DNA of 64,000 bases, from the NCBI GenBank assembly GCA_963924565.1, contig OZ004612.1:21080001-21144000 (forward strand). Direction: 5' to 3'. Of the stretch, positions 61,301-64,000 are shown in pieces. The notes under the pieces are model-generated. The model ran no database searches. It had not been told where the DNA came from and saw nothing but the letters and a program-made list of their open reading frames with translations. This DNA is from Ascidiella aspersa. Lineage: Eukaryota. How positions within the stretch are numbered: position 1 is the first letter of the stretch; every line of letters starts with the position of its first letter. The position numbers were made by a program, and so were the translations under genes.

Positions 61301-61843
61301 TCATGGGCTGAATCTAAAAAATAAATTTGACTTGTTGTTTTTGTGTCTGTTTTTTGTAACTAAAAGATCATCAAACTCAAACGTAACAATTCTACTTTCG
61401 TTTTTGGGTGCTGAAAAAAAAAACACTTTTTGGGTGCTGAAAATATGGTTGCCCTACTTTATACCATACGTACAACATTATATGTACCATACATTTACAA
61501 GATCTATTTTTATGGTAAAGAAAAAATGTAAGTATGGACTAACTAACAATAAATTAATTAAAAATCAAGTTTATCTGTTTAAAGATGATTGTGGACTCAG
61601 ATTTTTCTTATGCCGTAAAATTTTGAAACCTCAATAACCTTCTAAAGGAAACAATAGCAAAAAAATCACACATTTACAAATGTCTTGTGTTCTTTATGCA
61701 GGGCACAACTGTTCTTCCAAACATTTACGGAGTTCACAATGATCCCAATGTTTGGAAAGACCCGCTGGAATTTAAGGTTGAGCGGCACCTCGATCAAACC
61801 GGAAAGTTTGTCAAGAGTCATCATGTTATCCCGTTTGGCGTTG
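55311..61843 (+). CDS. Cytochrome P450, clan 2 / CYP2-like (CYP-B); exons 1-10, last (heme-Cys) exon not in the window
   Basis: Exons 55311-55493, 55709-55874, 56806-56915, 57025-57087, 57260-57400, 57710-57790, 58081-58213, 59474-59589, 59927-60109, 61702-61843, with the same intron positions as CYP-A. Motifs WKEQR, GGTETIF, EMFR, ...IPFGV(G)|gt. Confidence 0.93.
58292..58622. mobile_element. hAT MITE in CYP-B intron 7
   Basis: CAGGGATTCTTAAAC...GTTTAAGAACCCCTG; TSD CTATCGCT/ATATAGCT (6/8). Confidence 0.75.
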
Positions 61844-62330
61844 GTAAGCAACTATAACATCAATAATATAATTTTTGTACAGACTTCGCCTGGTGAGTAT
61901 ACTTCAGGACAAAAACCGCAAGTAGAGGTCTATAAATGACCTGACCTTTAGCGCGTTTGAACTTCTAGTTAATTTTATCTTGAAATGGACAACATAAAAT
62001 TTTGAATTACCGTAACAACCACAATAAACTGAAAAGTTTAGTAAACTTTTAGACATCTAAGAAGTAACATTCATAAATTCCACTATTGCGTATTCCATGA
62101 AAAATAAAAAAGCCATGGCCTAGCTGCAGTAATCGCGATTAACCTGTAGTAGAATAAATTTAAAGATTTGTACAATTTTCACGGCTAGTTTTGAGTTTGA
62201 AGGTGGGTGCAATAAGGTGCAGTCATGTCGTTTGTTCTTGAATAAAAACGTGAAATCAAACCTCTGTTTGATCAACGCTACCTATATATTTATGACAAGC
62301 ACGTAAATTAAAATATTATTAACAAATATA

Positions 62331-63651
62331 CAGTGGTGGGATTCAATTTTTTTGTCAGCCGGTTCTATCACAAAAGTCACATTTTTCAATCGGTTCTGTT
62401 ACAAAATATCATACTTTCCGGGAAATAATTAAAATAGTTGCAAGAACAGGATGCAACCCCAGTTTCCAGCGAATGTTGCGAACTGCGAACCGCCGGAATC
62501 TCATTACTGCTAAAAGCCAGTAGGCCTACTGAAAAGCAGCAGTCGTCTACTCATGACTATAACTATTTAACTTTTTAGAATTATCACAATGGATGACTGT
62601 TACGTAAAAACTTGACCATTGCACATTTTAAAGAAAAAAACACGTGAGAAATCGGTGTACGAGATAAGATAAGGGGCGGGAAATTATTTTTAACCGCGGG
62701 GAGAAACTTAAAATGCTGTGGCCGGCCAGGTCAAAAATAAGATTTAAAATCTACGTAATATGACGTCATACTCTGACGGGATAAAACAAATAAGCTAACG
62801 AACTTGTTATTACGTTTGTAGTTGTGCTAAAATTTGTAATTTAAGTCTAATTTGAAGAAGATGTCGCGCGAAGCGCGAAATAATTGTGACTATATGTTTG
62901 TTTAAGCATGCCAACTTTAATTTAGATTTATAGGTGGACGAGACGCATTAAGCACAGATAAAAAATAAAGACTACAAATCTTGTTGATTTGGCATTTATC
63001 GAGTTGTGGGGCGCATTGACCCAAAAGTTAAGATTAACATACGTAAACATTTCTCACAAAAAACTTACAATGTTTTTTTTTCTTTTCGAGGCTTTACTAA
63101 ATTATGTAAATCGGTATGTTTCAGAGTTCAGAAAACGGCTGGTATTTAGTTCATAATTTAAAGACGGTATACATTCGACCAAAGCGAAAAACATATATAA
63201 ATATTAGGATAAGTTAGTTAAACTTTCGTTGAGGAGAGCACCATAATGCGGAGGACGCTTTTTGTCTGTAAAGATGTCAGAAAATCGCATGGCACTTACG
63301 AGAAAGACAGAGGAGATTCGCGCGAAGCGCTAAAATAATTTCCATTTGGGTATTTTAAACGGGCTAAAAATAGAGTTTTGCGTAAAAGAGTCTGGAAAGA
63401 GTGTTTAAGGTACCGTACAACCAAACGTGTGAAACTCGCCCTTGTTTTTGCTTATATGCATTTTAAAAATCTAATAAGCCGCGGGCCGGATTAAATCGCT
63501 TGGCGGGCCGGATGTTGCCCAGGTCTGGATAAGATGCAAAAATCCATTGACAGTAACCAGCTGAGATGCTGCATAACCGGTTCGTTGATCCTATAAAATT
63601 TCGTGGGACGGTTCAATAGAACCGGTGCGAACCGGCTGAATCCCACCACTG
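62331..63651. mobile_element. hAT MITE carrying a nested family A element
   Basis: CAGTGGTGGGATTCA...TGAATCCCACCACTG; TSD CAAATATA/CAAATATG. Confidence 0.88.
62671..63527 (+). mobile_element. hAT MITE family A, nested copy
   Basis: (A)AGGGGCGGGAAA...TTGCCCAGGTCTG; perfect TSD GATAAGAT. Colinear with the reverse of 11972-13496 minus its nested insert. Confidence 0.88.
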
Positions 63652-64000
63652 CAAATATGTCAATATGGATTTCTAAGTACTTTTATTACAAATAAGAAAA
63701 AATAAGTTATTGTTTGAAAAGACGTACGTTTATTGTTTATAAAATTAAAAAAAATTTAGAAATAAAGTGTCATCTGGTATATTGTCCTCCAAAAAATTAG
63801 GAAATTCGACTAAAAGTCACCGTATACAAAGGTCCAATGCAGGGGTGAAAACAAAATCACTCTTTCGAAAACAATAAATATTATTTTCCTGAACGCATAA
63901 AATTGACGCCCAAAAATTTCGTCATAATGGGACTTCGTAGAACATGCAAAAAATCCAGGTTTATTGTTCGATGTCGTGCACAAATATGCAACTAAAATAG

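Noticed and set aside
61844-64000. CYP-B as a truncated pseudogene
   Set aside because: Exon 10 has a good donor and intron 10 is inflated by nested MITEs, so the final exon most likely lies beyond the window edge.

Overview
AT-rich, intron-rich animal genomic DNA. An ascidian/tunicate source is my inference from gene style and repeat content, not something the sequence proves. I reconstructed seven spliced genes by hand, all with GT-AG introns. Three are tandem, near-identical 6-exon trypsinogen genes on the minus strand (542-3192, 8337-10408, 14783-17532). A 5-exon GT49/B4GAT1-like glycosyltransferase lies on the plus strand inside the protease cluster (22596-25621). A fourth, divergent trypsinogen has a single +1 frameshift (26717-33897). 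Two tandem clan-2/CYP2-like P450s follow: one complete with 11 exons (42272-50662) and one whose last exon is not in the window (55311->61843). Introns and intergenic DNA are packed with non-autonomous DNA transposons: hAT MITEs with 8-bp TSDs, often nested, plus Harbinger-like MITEs, a Tc1/mariner remnant and a foldback-like family. There is also a tRNA-Lys-derived relic and several minisatellites. Most ORF-track entries are exon fragments or noise. The most notable observations are: (1) a relic copy of the catalytic-His exon end in trypsin intron 2 that forms an in-frame 33-nt candidate cassette exon; (2) a patchwork of identity among the trypsin paralogues that suggests gene conversion; (3) a ~75-aa insert, possibly an in-frame intron, in the B4GAT1-like catalytic domain; (4) a bare poly(A) retrotransposition scar; (5) a possible decayed C-type-lectin-like gene. 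I found no wholly new biological system that the sequence alone can establish.
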